64,000 bases of DNA. Origin: Scenedesmus sp. PABB004. Taxonomy: Eukaryota. The notes beneath the pieces were generated by a model that was given only the letters and a program-made list of their open reading frames with translations, was not told where the DNA came from and did no database searches. A program made the translations under genes and the position numbers. Within the stretch, counting starts at the first letter, position 1. Each line of letters begins with the position of its first letter. This document shows, in pieces, positions 37,758 through 49,556 of the stretch. The stretch is from contig JABVCE010000004.1 in NCBI GenBank assembly GCA_014905635.1, positions 930,001 to 994,000 on the forward strand, given 5' to 3'.

Positions 37758-38698
37758 CTATGGCTTGACTTCAAACGTGATCTCGCCCGCCGCCTGCTCG
37801 CGCGCCACCCACTCGAAAAAACGCTCAATCGACGCCCGCCGCGGTCGCTGCTGCAGGCGCCGCGCCGGCGCCAGCCGCGCCTGCTGCGCCTGCTGCGCCG
37901 CCGCAGGCGCCGGGCCCTCGTCGCCCAGGCTGGCCAGCATCCACGCCACCAGCGTGGGCGTGGTGAGCTCGATGACATGCTGCGGAGGCAGGCCCACGGC
38001 TGGTCAGGCAGCGGTTGCCGCTGCAGCGGGCCGCCCGGCCGCGCGGCGCGCGCGCACCTCGTGGCTCGCGCGGCCCGCGTGGCAGACCAGGTCCAGCGCG
38101 CGGGCGACGATGCCGCTCGAAACGTTGGCAAACGCCATGTGCCCACCCGCCGGCACCGCCTCGAGCCAGCTGCGCGGCGGCGGCGGGCGGGCGGCGGGCG
38201 GGCGGCGGTGCGCAGCTGGCGCCAGGAGTGTCCTTCTTGCCGAGCTGCGCAGCCCGCGGCAGGCCCCCGCGCCTCACCTGCCGCTGCCGAGCACCTTCCA
38301 AAAGTGGGCAAAGTTGGCGGACGCCGGGTTGCAGGGCCCCGTCACGCCCGCGGCTGGGCGGTCGCGGCCCAGGCGGCGAGGGGGGGGGGGGGGGGGGGGG
38401 GACGCCCGCGGGCGTGCAACGGTCAGGGAGGGCGCCCCCGCGCGCGGCGCGGCGCGGCGCGGCGCGGCGCGGCGCGGCGCGGCGCGGCGCGAGCCGCCGG
38501 CCGCACACCCGCGATGCCCGCTGCCTTGCCCAGCCCGCGCAGTGCTTCGACGGCAGACGGGTTGTCAGGGCTGGCCGGCACAAACGGCGTGGAGTCCACC
38601 GGGTCGATCAGGAACGCCGAGACCACCTGGGGCGAGCCTGCGGCGTGCCGGGCGGGCGCGTGAGCGCACGCTGCAGCGGCAGCGGCGGCTGCACGCGC

Positions 38699-38759
<61 letters not shown>

Positions 38760-39389
38760 ACCCGCGAGGTGGAGCGCCGCCAGCTTGCCGCCCCTCGAGT
38801 GCCCGGCGACGCCGATGGCCGACAGCTGCAGCTGGCCCGCCGCGGCGGGCTGCGCTGCAACGTGCGCGAGCAGGCGTGGCAAGTAGGCCACCTGGCGAGC
38901 GTGCGGCGCGGGGCGTCGTGGGCGTGGGGCGCTGGGCGCGGCACGGCGGCGGGGCGTGCAGGGGCGAGCGCGGGGTCGTCGCACCTCCGCCGCGTCGGCC
39001 ACGATGGCCAGCAGCGCGGCAGTGTCGTACTGGAGCGTCGCGATGCCCCAGCTGGCCAGGCGGCGCGCGTAGGCGCCATAGTAGCTGCTGCTGAGCTGGA
39101 AGCCGCTGAGGAGCAGCACTGTGCGCAGCGGCACCGCCGCCGCGGGGCAGCCGGCGGCGGGGCGGTGCAACACGACGCGCAGCCGGCACCCCCGGCCGCA
39201 GCCGCTGCCCGCCGGCAGCGCGAGCGGCGGCAAATCCACGCGCTGCGGCTCGCACGGCCCGGGACCGGAGTAGTCCTGGGCGCCGGCCGGCCGCAGCGCC
39301 AGGAGGACGGCCAGCAGCAGCACGCCGGGCGCCGGCGCGCCGCTGCCCGGCGCGCGGCGCGCCGACGCCGGCGCCGCCCGTGCTCGCAT
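37758..39389 (-). CDS. Chlorophyllase-like alpha/beta hydrolase with predicted signal peptide
   Basis: GFQLSSSYY, LASWG, nucleophile elbow GHSRGGK, LIDPVD, GHMAF. Confidence 0.8.
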
Positions 39390-39623
39390 GCGGGGCGCGG
39401 TGGACAGAGATCGGCACTGCCCGTCGTCACACGCAGCAGCGGGGCCGGAGCGCGCAGCAGCGGCGCGGGCAGCAGCGGCGGCGCCTGGCACGCGCTGCCC
39501 CTGCTCTTCTGGTGGAGCAGAGCAGGCCGCTGGCTGGCGGTAAGGCGTGCGCTGGCTGGCGGCGTGGCTTGCGCCAGAACCGCGCGGTGCGTTTCAGGGT
39601 TCAGCGCAGCGCGCGGCAGCAGC

Positions 39624-42575
39624 TCACGGCAGCGCGCCGCTGCCGCTCCGGCCGCTGCGCGAGCGGCCCCACCACCACCCCCCTTGGCGGCGGGGCGGCT
39701 CGAGGCGGTCTCCTCCCACGCGCCGCCGCCGCCGCCCTGTGAGCTCTCGACGACGCTGGCCGCGCTGGCCTCGGCGTCCACGGTCGGCTCTGCGGCTTCG
39801 CTGTCGGCAGACACCGCGGGCAGGCGGTCCATGCTGGCCGCCGTCTGCTCCAGCACGTCCGCCTGCAGCTGCTCGCCGCCCGACCAGGCTGGCTGCGGCT
39901 GCGCCGCGACCACCTGAGCCTCGGCACCGGCCCCGCCGCCGCCGCCGCCGCCCGGCAGCGGCAGCGCCTGCCGCGCCGCGTCGCGCTGCGCGTCGTCCAG
40001 CTGCACCTGCAGCTGCTCCACCTCGCGCTCCAGCTCCCGGCTGCGCGCTGACGCCGCCTCGAGCTCGTCCAGCATCGCGCCCCAGGTGGCCTCCAGCTGC
40101 GACGCCAGCCCCGCCACGCTGCCCGCGAGGCGCGCCTCCTCGCCCCACAGCTCGCGCCCCGGCAGCGCGCTGGCGGCGGCGGCCTCGGCGGCCGCCGCGA
40201 CGGCGGCGGCGTCGGGGCCCGCCGCGTCGCCGGCTGCGGCGGCCACCTCTGCCGCGGCCGCCGCCGCGTCGGCTGCTGCCAGCACGCCGCTTGGCAGCCA
40301 GTCGGCCAGGCCCGCCAGCACCGCCGCTGCCTGCCGGTGCAGGCTCAGCGGGTCGCGCAGCAGCTCGCCGCCTTGCTGCAGCGCGCCGCCCGCCGACGCC
40401 AGCAGCTCGGCGTGGGGCGCGCCCGCGTCTGGCGGCAGCGCGGCGCAGCCGCCGTCCAGCAGCGTGACCTGCACCTCGGCATCCGCCCTCCCCGCCGGCG
40501 CCCCGGCGCCGTCTGCGAGCGGGGGTCGCGCGTCAGCAGGCGCGGTGCCGCGCGGCCCGCCAGCCGCCGCCCCGCCGCCCGGGCGCCCGCTGCGCGCACG
40601 CGCCGCCCTGCCGCGCCGCGCGCACCTGCAGCCATGCCCGCCGGCATGGGCGGCAGCGGCGGCAGCCCTGCCGCGCGCATGCGCGCCTCTGCCTGCATGA
40701 GTCGTGCCTTGAGGATGCGGCGCTCGGCCTGCAGCTCGCTCAGCTCGCGGCCCGCCGCGCCCGTGCTCGCGCGCAGCTGCGCGAGCTGCGCCTCCAGCTT
40801 GGCCGCCACCGCCGCGGCGCCGCCGTGCTGCTTCTCGGCGCGCAGACTGGACGACTTGAGCTCCAACAGCTGGTTCTCAAGCGCAACGTTCTCGGCCGCC
40901 AGCGACTGCAACCGCGGCAGCGGCGGCGGCGGCGAGTGAGCGCGCGCAGGCGCGCACAGCCCCCCCCCCCAAACCCGGGGCCGCGGCCGGCGCGCCGCTC
41001 ACGTTGGCGCGCTGGCTGGCCTCCTGCGCCGCCGCGCGGTGCGCGTCGCGCTCACCGACCGCCGCCGCGAGGCCCGCGGCCGCGGCCGACATCTCTGCCT
41101 CGAGCCGCTCCACCGCGCCGCGCTCGCGGTCGAGGCGCGCCGCGAGCGCGTTGTGCGCGTCGCTGAGCGACCGGTTCTCGTCGGCGAGCGCCTCCGCCGC
41201 GCGCGCCTGCGCCGCGAGGCCGCGCTGGAGCTCCAGCTTCTCGCACGTCAGCTCGTCGATGTGCGCCTGCAGCAGCTTGAGGTTGGCCGCCGAGCGCTGG
41301 CTCTCGGCGTGCGCCGCCGCGAACGAAAGCCCGCCGATCGTGGACGGCGGCCCGCTGCCGGCGACGCTCCCGCTGGCGACGCTGCCGCCCAGCGCGGACA
41401 GGCCGAGCGCGGAGCCGAGCACCGAGCTGGGCTTGTCCGGCAGGGGCAGCCCATTCTCCGCGCCCGCGCCTCTGGCGCCCAGGGGCGCGCCGGCGGCCGT
41501 GAAGCTGCTGCTGCTGACGCTGCCGGCCAGGTCGTGACCGCCGTTGCCCAGCGGCGGCGTGGCCCGCACCTGCGCGTCCAGCTGCTCGCGCTTGCGGCGC
41601 TCCGCGTCGCGCTGCTCCTGCTCCGCTCGCTGCTCGCGCTCCGCCTGCGCCTGCGCCTGCGCCGCCGCCGCCGCGGCCGCCTCGTCCGCCTCGCGCTGCT
41701 GCTCCTGCCCCTGCACTGCTGCCGGCGGCGGCATGAAGCTGTCAGCGAGCGCCGCGTAGCCGCTGCCGGGCGCTTCGCTGCTGCCGGCCAGGCCCGACGC
41801 CGGCGGTGGTGCGGCCGCCGCCGCAGCCCCCAGCGCCGCGGCGCCCCACAGGCTGCTGCGTGGCGAGCTCGCCTGCGCCTCTGCCGGCGACTGCTCCTGC
41901 TGCGCCGGGCTGCCCGGCGCAGCCTGGAGCGCGGGCAGGTAGCTGTCAGACAAGCTCGCGTACGCAGACGGCTGGCCGGCGTCCTGCGCTGGCGGCCAGC
42001 CGCCCGCCGCCGCGCCCGTGCCCGCGTCGTCACGTGCTGCAGCGGGCGGTGTGCCCTCGCTTGCGGCTGCCGCAGCTGCCGCGTCCGTGGTGCTGCCGGG
42101 CATCCAGAACTGCTGCGGCGCACCACCGCCGGTCGGCGCCCCCACCGCGGCGCCGTCTCCGCCGGGCACCCATGGCGTGGGCGGCAGCTTCGCGGCGCCC
42201 GGTGAGCTGGGGCGGGCAGGCTGCTCCTGGCCGCCAGCCGGCTGCAGCGAGGGCCGGCCGCCAAACAGCGACATCCAGGTGCCGCGCTGCGTGAAGCCGG
42301 CTGCCGGCTCCGCGGCCGCCGGCGGCTCGCCCTGCGAGCCGCCACCATCTGCCGGCTGCGGTGGCGCGTCATCAGTCGCCCCAGCAGCAGCTCGGGGCAG
42401 CTGCGGCTGCCAGGGCTGCTGCTGCGGGTGAGGCGGCTGCCACGGCGGCTGCTGCGGCAGAGGCGGCTGCCACGGCGGCTGCTGCTGCTGCTCCGGCTCC
42501 GGCGGCTGCCAGGGCTGCTGCTGCTGCTGCGGCAGAGGCGGCTGCCAGGGCTGCTGCTGCTGATGATGATGCTCT

Positions 42576-42608
<33 letters not shown>

Positions 42609-43293
42609 GGCACCGGCGGCTGCCAGGGCTCCTGCTGCTGCACGTGCTCCTGCTCGCCGCTCGCCCCTGGCGCAGCCGAGGGCAGACCCAGCAGCGCCGC
42701 CTCGAGCGCCGCGGCCGCTGCGCCGGCTGCTGCAGCCCGCGCCGCGGTGGACGTGGCGCCGCCGCCGTCCTCCTCCGCCGGCGCCGCGCCCCAGCCGTAG
42801 CCGGCCGGCTCCGACGGGAGCGGGGGCGCCGGAGGCGGGGTGGCCGCCGGCACAAACGGCGCCGGCACAAACGGCAGCGCTGCGGCAGGCGCCGGCGCTG
42901 CTGGGACTGGCAGCGGCGCCGGCGGCGGCGCTACGGGCGCGGGCGCCGCCTCCGCCGCGACGCCTGCGGCCGCCGGCGTCGCCGCTGCGCCTGCGCCTGC
43001 GCCTGCGGCCGCGGCGCGGGGCAGCAGCAGCGCGAGTGGCGTCGCTTGCGCGCCCGCCGCCGGCGGGCTCGTGCGGCGGCAAAGCCCCTGCACGCCGCAC
43101 CCGCATCCGGCTTGGCCCCGGCCTTCTCCTGCTTCTTGCGCTTGAACTCCTCGAGCTGAGCCGAGCGCGCGGCGGGCGCGGTCGGTTGGCCGCCGCCGTT
43201 TGCGGCCGCGCGCGCAGGGGCGCCGCCGCGGCTGGTGAGGGCCCCCACCTTGCGCCGGCCCGCGTCGGCGAGCTCCTTGCGCGACGGCGCCAT
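39624..43293 (-). CDS. BLISTER-like long coiled-coil protein (3' end uncertain)
   Basis: MAPSRKELADAGRRK/LEEFKRKKQ N-terminus; LQAHIDELTCEKLELQRGL..LADENRSL and SLAAENVALENQLLELKS resemble plant BLISTER. PWQPP/Q-rich insert. The end needs a 1-nt shift in a G6 run. Confidence 0.7.
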
Positions 43294-43702
43294 CGGCCTG
43301 CCCCTCGCGCAGGCCCGCCGCGGCGCCGCGGCGGCGCCCGGCGCTGCTGCGCTGCTAGCGCTGCTAGTGCTACTGCCGGCACGCCCTGCCGGCCGCCGTG
43401 CGCCCGGCCGCCGCGTGCGGCTGTTGGACGTGCGTGCGAGTGGGTGCGGGTCTGCCAAGCAGCAACGTTAGAAAAAACAACAGGCGATGCAAACGCGGCC
43501 GGCTCACGCGCAATCGAGGAGAGCCGGGGCCGGCGTTTTCCGTCACGGCACGCCGCGCGCACGCCGGAGGCGCAGAAGGGCGAGCAGCAGCAGCAGCTTG
43601 TCTTCGCTTGGCGACCGCCGCCGCCGCCGCAGCCGGTGCCGCTCTGCGTGCCGATGCCGCCGTAGTCGGGCAGCCAGCCCAGCCGCGCGGCTGCGGCGCG
43701 GC

Positions 43703-46700
43703 ATGGAGCCGGAGCCGGCGGCGGCGGCGCCGCCCACGGCGGGCGCGCTGCTGTGGGCGCCCCACGCGGCGCGCGGGGGCGCGGCGTGGCCGGTGCGCCC
43801 TTCTCCGGCGCCGGGAGCGGGGGCTGGCGCCACCGCCGCGGCCGCGGGCCGTCTGAGGCCCGTCTGAGGCTCCCCGCGCGCCCGGGCGTGCCGCAGGCGG
43901 TTGCGCTGCCCCCGGACCGCGTCCCGTACTTTGTGCGCCGCCTGGAGGGGCCGGGCCGCGCCGCGGTGCTGTTCTACGGGCCCAGCGTGGCGCCGGAGGC
44001 GCGCGCGCGCGACTACGCGTGGGTGGCGCCGGCGCAGCTGGCCGCGTGGCCGGCGGGCAAGGAGGCGGCGGCGGCGCGCGCCGACCGCGGCGGCGCGCAC
44101 GGCGAGGCGTTTGAGGCGGCGCTGGAAGAGGTGCGGCCGGCGCGTCGCAGTGCGGCGGCGGCGGCGGCGGCGCGCACCTGGGGGCCGGCAGCAGCCCCGA
44201 CCGCGGCGGCCGACCCGGCGCCGGCCCGCCCGCCCGCCCGCCGCCCGCCCGCCGCCGCAGGCGCTGAGCGTGGAGGCCGGGCTCCTGGATGCGTTCCAGG
44301 GCGGCCTGCCCGCAGGCCAGGTGCGGCGCGCGGCAGCGGTCGCAGGAGCGGCGGCGGCAGCACGCGCTGCGCAGCCGCCCGCGACCGCCGCCGCGCCGCG
44401 CCGCGCCGCCCGCGCGCCAGGCCGACCCCGCCGCGCCCGCCTGCTACACGTGCGGCAAGCACCTCAAGCCCGCGGACGCGGCGGCGGCGCGTGAGGCGCA
44501 CGGCGGGCGCTGCGCTGACTGCCAGGCGCGCTTCGAGGCGGGCCACGCGTGCGCGGTGTGCAGCCGCGTGTGGTGTGAGTATGAGCGCCCCACGCTGGCG
44601 AGCTGCAGCCGCTGCGGCGCGTGCGTGCACGCGGGCTGCGACCCCGCCGCGGAGAGCGCGGCCGCGGCCGCCGCGCCGCCCGCGGCCGCGGTCAAGCCCG
44701 AGGCGGCACAGCAGGCGGGCGGCGAGGCGCGGCCCAACGGCGACCTCCCGGCTGGCGGCGAGCGCCCGCTGGCGCTGGCGCTGGTACCGGGGGCGGCGAG
44801 CAGGCGCTGGTGCCGGCGGGCGGGGCGCCGGCCCGGCCGCCGCCCGGCTACACCTGCCCCGCGTGCGTGGCCAAGCAGGCGGACGAGGCGCGCGGCGACC
44901 TGGTCGCGCTGCACGCGCTGGTGCTGGACGACATGCGCCCCCGCCGCCCGCGCCGCGCGGCCGACATCTTCGCTGTGGAGTTTGTGCGCGCGGTGCGTGC
45001 GGCGCGGCGGGGGCGCGGCGCAGCGCGGCGCGGGCGCGCGGCGCGCCTGCCGGCCCGCTCACGCGCGCGCGCGACGCCGCGCAGCACGTCGCGGCCGGCG
45101 GCCGGCGCGAGCTGGCGGCGCTGGCCCCGCTCATCGGCGCCGCGTGGCTTGCGGAGGAGGGCAAGCACGCGTACGAGGCGCGCGCGGCGGCCGAGGCGGC
45201 GGCGTTCACGGTGCGCGGGCGGGCGGCGGGCGCGCCGGGGGCGGGCGGTGCGGGCGCGTGCGCGCGGTGCGGGCGCGCGCGTCCCGGGCGCGCCTCCAGC
45301 CGCGTGCGCCGCGCGCGCCCCGCTGCCCAGGCGGCCTCTGCTGAGTATGGGAGCCTCTACCAGGCATATGTCACCCTGGCAGCCAGCGAGCGGCGGCCGG
45401 TGGACCCCAGCCTCGCGCTCGGGGCGCAGGCGCTGCTGCTGGGCCCCGGCGCGGGCGGCGCCGCGCTGGCGCTGCCGCCGGCGGCGGGCGCAGCGCTGGG
45501 CGGCGCCGAGTGGGGCGGCAGCCGGCCCGCGGCGGCGCCGCCGGCGGTGGGCGGCGGCGCGCCGGCCGGGGCGCGCGCGCGCGCGCCCGTGAGCATGCTG
45601 GGCGCGGGGCAGCTGATCAAGGCGGAGGACGGCAGCGACGTGCCGCAGACGGTGCGGGGCCTCGGCCGCGCGCCGTGCGGCGGCTGCCCGCCGCCGCGCC
45701 GCCACACGCTGCTGACGCACGCACCGCGCCCCGCCGCGCCGCGCCGCCGGCAGATCCCCATAATCTGCAACGCCACGCGCGGCACCTTTGTGCTGGCCGA
45801 CATGCGCGTGCTGTGCCTCTGCGCGGGCTGCGCGGCGCTGCCCGAGGCGCGGCGCACGTTCTCGACGACGCAGTTTGAGCAGCACGCGGGCTGCGGCAGC
45901 GCCAAGAAGTGGCGGGCGAGCCTGCGCATCGAGCCGGGCGCGGTGCCCGAGTGCCCGCGCGGCGCGGCGCCGATGACGTTTGGGCGGTACATGGAGATCA
46001 AGGGCCTCGAGGCAAAGGGGCCCTCGCGGCCCACCACGGCGCCGGGTGCGGCGCGCGACGCAGGCGGCGCGCGGCGCGGTCCGCGGCGGCGCGGCGGGAC
46101 GCGACGCGCGCGCGCCGCGGGCCGCCTCGCGCGCGCGCCGACGCCCGCCCGCCCGCGCCCCCTGCCGGCAGGGCTCGGCCCGCCCGCGCCCTCGGGCCCC
46201 GCTGCGGCGGTGAAGCGCGAGCCGCGCGAGCAGCGCGGCGACTGGCAGAGCTATGGCGCCGAGCCGGGCGGCCCGAGCCCCGCAGCGAGCTTCCGGGGCG
46301 CGCCGGACGGCGGCGCGGCGGGCGCCGGCGCTGGCGCGACCAGCGGCGCCGCCGACGCGCGGCCGGGGAGCAGCGGCGTGCCGCGCAACCGTCGGCTGGA
46401 CAGCTGGGCGCCGTGGGAGGACGTGAGCCTCGGGCAGTTCCGCCCGCTGCAGGTGCGCCGCGGGGGCGTCGCGCTGGGCGCGCTGTGGCCAGGCCCCGCC
46501 GCCTCGGTCCCGGACGCCGGCTGACACCGCCGCGCCGCGCGCCAGGTGCGGTGGGCGGGCGACCGCTGCTGCGTGTGCGACAGCGACGTGGACTACGACT
46601 GCGACCGCCTGGTCAGCTGCGACGGCTGCGGGCTGACCATGCACCAGAGCTGCTACGGCATCCCGGAGCTGCCGGACGAGGACGACATGTGGCTCTGCAG

Positions 46701-49512
46701 GCGCGGCTCGGCGCGAGGCGGGGCTGCCCAACCGCGTGGGCCGAGGCCCGTGGGGCCCCTGGCGGCGGCGCCGCCCACCGCTGGCTGGCGCGCCCGGGCG
46801 GGGCGCGGCCGACGACGGCGCCGGCGCGTGCCGCGTGCGTGCCCCGCAGGGCGTGCGAGCTCAAGGAGCCGGGCGCGCCGGAGCCGCAGTGCTGCCTCTG
46901 CCCGCTCGCGGGCGGCGGGCTGAAGCCGACCACGCTGCCGGGGCTGTGGGCGCACGCGGCCTGCATGCACTGGATTCCAGAGGTCACCTGCCTGCAGCCG
47001 TCGCGGTGCGCGACGCGGCCGCCCGGCGCCGCCGCCGCCGCCGCCGCCGCCGTCGCTGCTTCCACCGCCTCTCTCGCGCGCCGCGCGCGCTGGCGGCCGG
47101 GGCCGGCCGCCGCGGTCGCCGCCGCCGATGCCCGCGCCGCCGCATGGCCGCTGCTGCTGCCCCGCAGCATGGAGCCGATCGATCGCATCCAGCAGATCCA
47201 GAAGGAGCGGTGGGAGCTGCTGTGCTGCATCTGCCGGCAGCGCATGGGCGCCAAGATCCAGTGCAGCGACTGCTACAACGTGCGCCGCGCGCGTGGCGGC
47301 TGCGGCCCAGCGTAGTCGCCCGGCGGCCAGCGCGGCGCGCAGCGGCGCGCAGCGGCGCGCAGCTGCCCAGGAGCGCGCGGCGGCGGCGGCGACCCGCGCG
47401 CGCGCGCCCGCCCCGCAGGCGTACCACCCGCTGTGCGCGCGCCGGCTGGGGCTGCACATGGAGATGGCTGACCCCGCGGTGCCGGACGGCCCGCTGCAGC
47501 TCGTCACGCGCTGCCCCAAGCACTGCACCGTGCAGCCGGACAAGTCGGGTGCGCGGCGTGGACGGCGCGCGGCGGCGCCGGCGCGCCGCCTCGCGGCGGC
47601 TTGCGCGGGGTGTGTCGTCCGCGCGCCGTGCCGCGCGCCCACAGCGGGTCCACCGCCCCGCCCGCACCGCCGCCAGGCATCACGCTCGTGGGCAGCGGCG
47701 AGGCGCTGCGCAGCGGCCGGCCGCGCAAGCGCCCCGCCGACGGCGACGGCGACAACGACGGCAGCGGGCTCTGGAACGCCCAGCCCTTCCGCGCCGCCCG
47801 GCCGCCCGCGCCCATCCCGGCGCCGCCGGGCGGCTGCGCGCGCGCGACGCCGTTTGCGGGCGAGCGCGTGAGCCACGGCACGGGCACCGGCTGCACCACC
47901 ACGGCGGGCTTCTGGATTCCGACGCAGGCCACCGCCGACGCGGTGGCAGCGGGCGAGCTGGCGTGCGTGGGCGCGTCGTCGGACTGGCAGGGCCAGACCG
48001 GCGCCGGTGCAGGCGGCGGCGACGGCGGCGGCGGTGGCGGCGGCGGCGGCGGCGGCAGCAACGCCAGCCGCAAGCGCCGGCTCGCCAACAGCACCGCCGC
48101 CGCGGCGGCCACCTCGGGCAGGCCGCCCAAGCGGGCGCCGGGCGAGGCGCCGCCGCGCGTGGCGCTGGCGCCGCTGCCGGAGGGCGTCGACGGCGAGGGC
48201 CGGCTGGCCATCGTGTGCAACGGCAAGCCGGCCGTCTTCCTGCTGCGCCCGCAGCGCGTGCTGCTGGCGGGCGCGGAGCTGCCGCCGTCGCGGTTTGAGG
48301 CGCTGTGCGGCAAGGGTGACGCCAAGAAGTGGAAGGCCAGCCTCTGGACGGCGGACGCCGACGGCGAGCCCGACGTGTGCATGGCCGACTGGCTCGCGGC
48401 GCGCGGGCTCGACCAGGCGGCGCTCAACGCGCTGTCGGCCAACTGGGCGGCGCACCGCGCGCGCGCCGCGTGGGAGGCGGAGCACGGCAGCGGCGAGCCC
48501 GACGCGGCGGGCGCGGCGGACGGCGCCGGCGGCGCCGTCGCGGCGGACGGCAGCGCGGTCGCCGGCGCGGCCGCCGCGGACGACGGCGCGGAGGTCGCCT
48601 CGCCGCCCGCGCGCGGCGGCGCCGGCGGCAGCGCGCGGAGGGAGGGGACGAGCAGGTGGAGGCGCTGCAGCCGCAGCGCCCGACCACGCACGCAGCAGCC
48701 GGGGCGGCGAGCAGCTCGCCCGAGGAGCCGGCGGCCAAGCGGCAGCGGCTGAGCGGCGGCGGGCCCGGCAGCAGCGTGGCCAGCCCCGCGCCGTCAGCCG
48801 GCGCCGGCGGCAGCCAGCGGGGCAGCCAGCAGCCGTCGCGCGGCAGCACGCCGGCCGGCGGCGCGTCGGCCGGTGACGCCGCGGCGCCCGGCAGCCGCGA
48901 GGGCTCGGCGCACCCCGCCGCCGACGGCGACGGCGTCGCGGCGGCAGCGGCCGGCGCGGCTGCCGACGACGCGGCTGCCGAGCGGCGCCGCAAGGGCCTG
49001 GTGCTGCTGTTCAGGCTTCCCTTCAAAGACATGCCAGAGCGCTACCGCCTGCACCCGGCCTCGCTGCCGCGCGAGGCCGCCGCCGCGTCGGCGGCCGCGC
49101 TGCTGCAGGAGCTGCGCGCGGAGCGGGAGCGCGCCGCGGCCGGCGCGCCGGCGGCAGGGCAGCCCGCCGCCGCGCCGCCGCCGGGGCCGCCCGTCGTCGC
49201 GCCGTCGCCGCCGCCGCCCGAGCCGGCGCCGTCGGCGGCCGGCGCGCCGTGGCTGGCGGTGGGGCGCTGCGTGCGCGTGTTCTGGCCCGACGACGTCGCG
49301 TGGTACGCGGCGGACGTGCGCGGCTTTGACCCCGCGACCCGGCGGCACACGCTGTGGTACCACGCGGATGAGGTCAGTGAGCAGCTCGACCTGGCGGCCG
49401 AGGACGCGGCGGGCCGCGTGCAGTGGCTGCCGCCGACGGACAGCAGCCGCTGGCCGCCGCCGCCGGCGCCGCCCGAGCCGGCCGGCGGCGCGTGGGGCGC
49501 GGCCGCGCCGGC

Positions 49513-49556
<44 letters not shown>

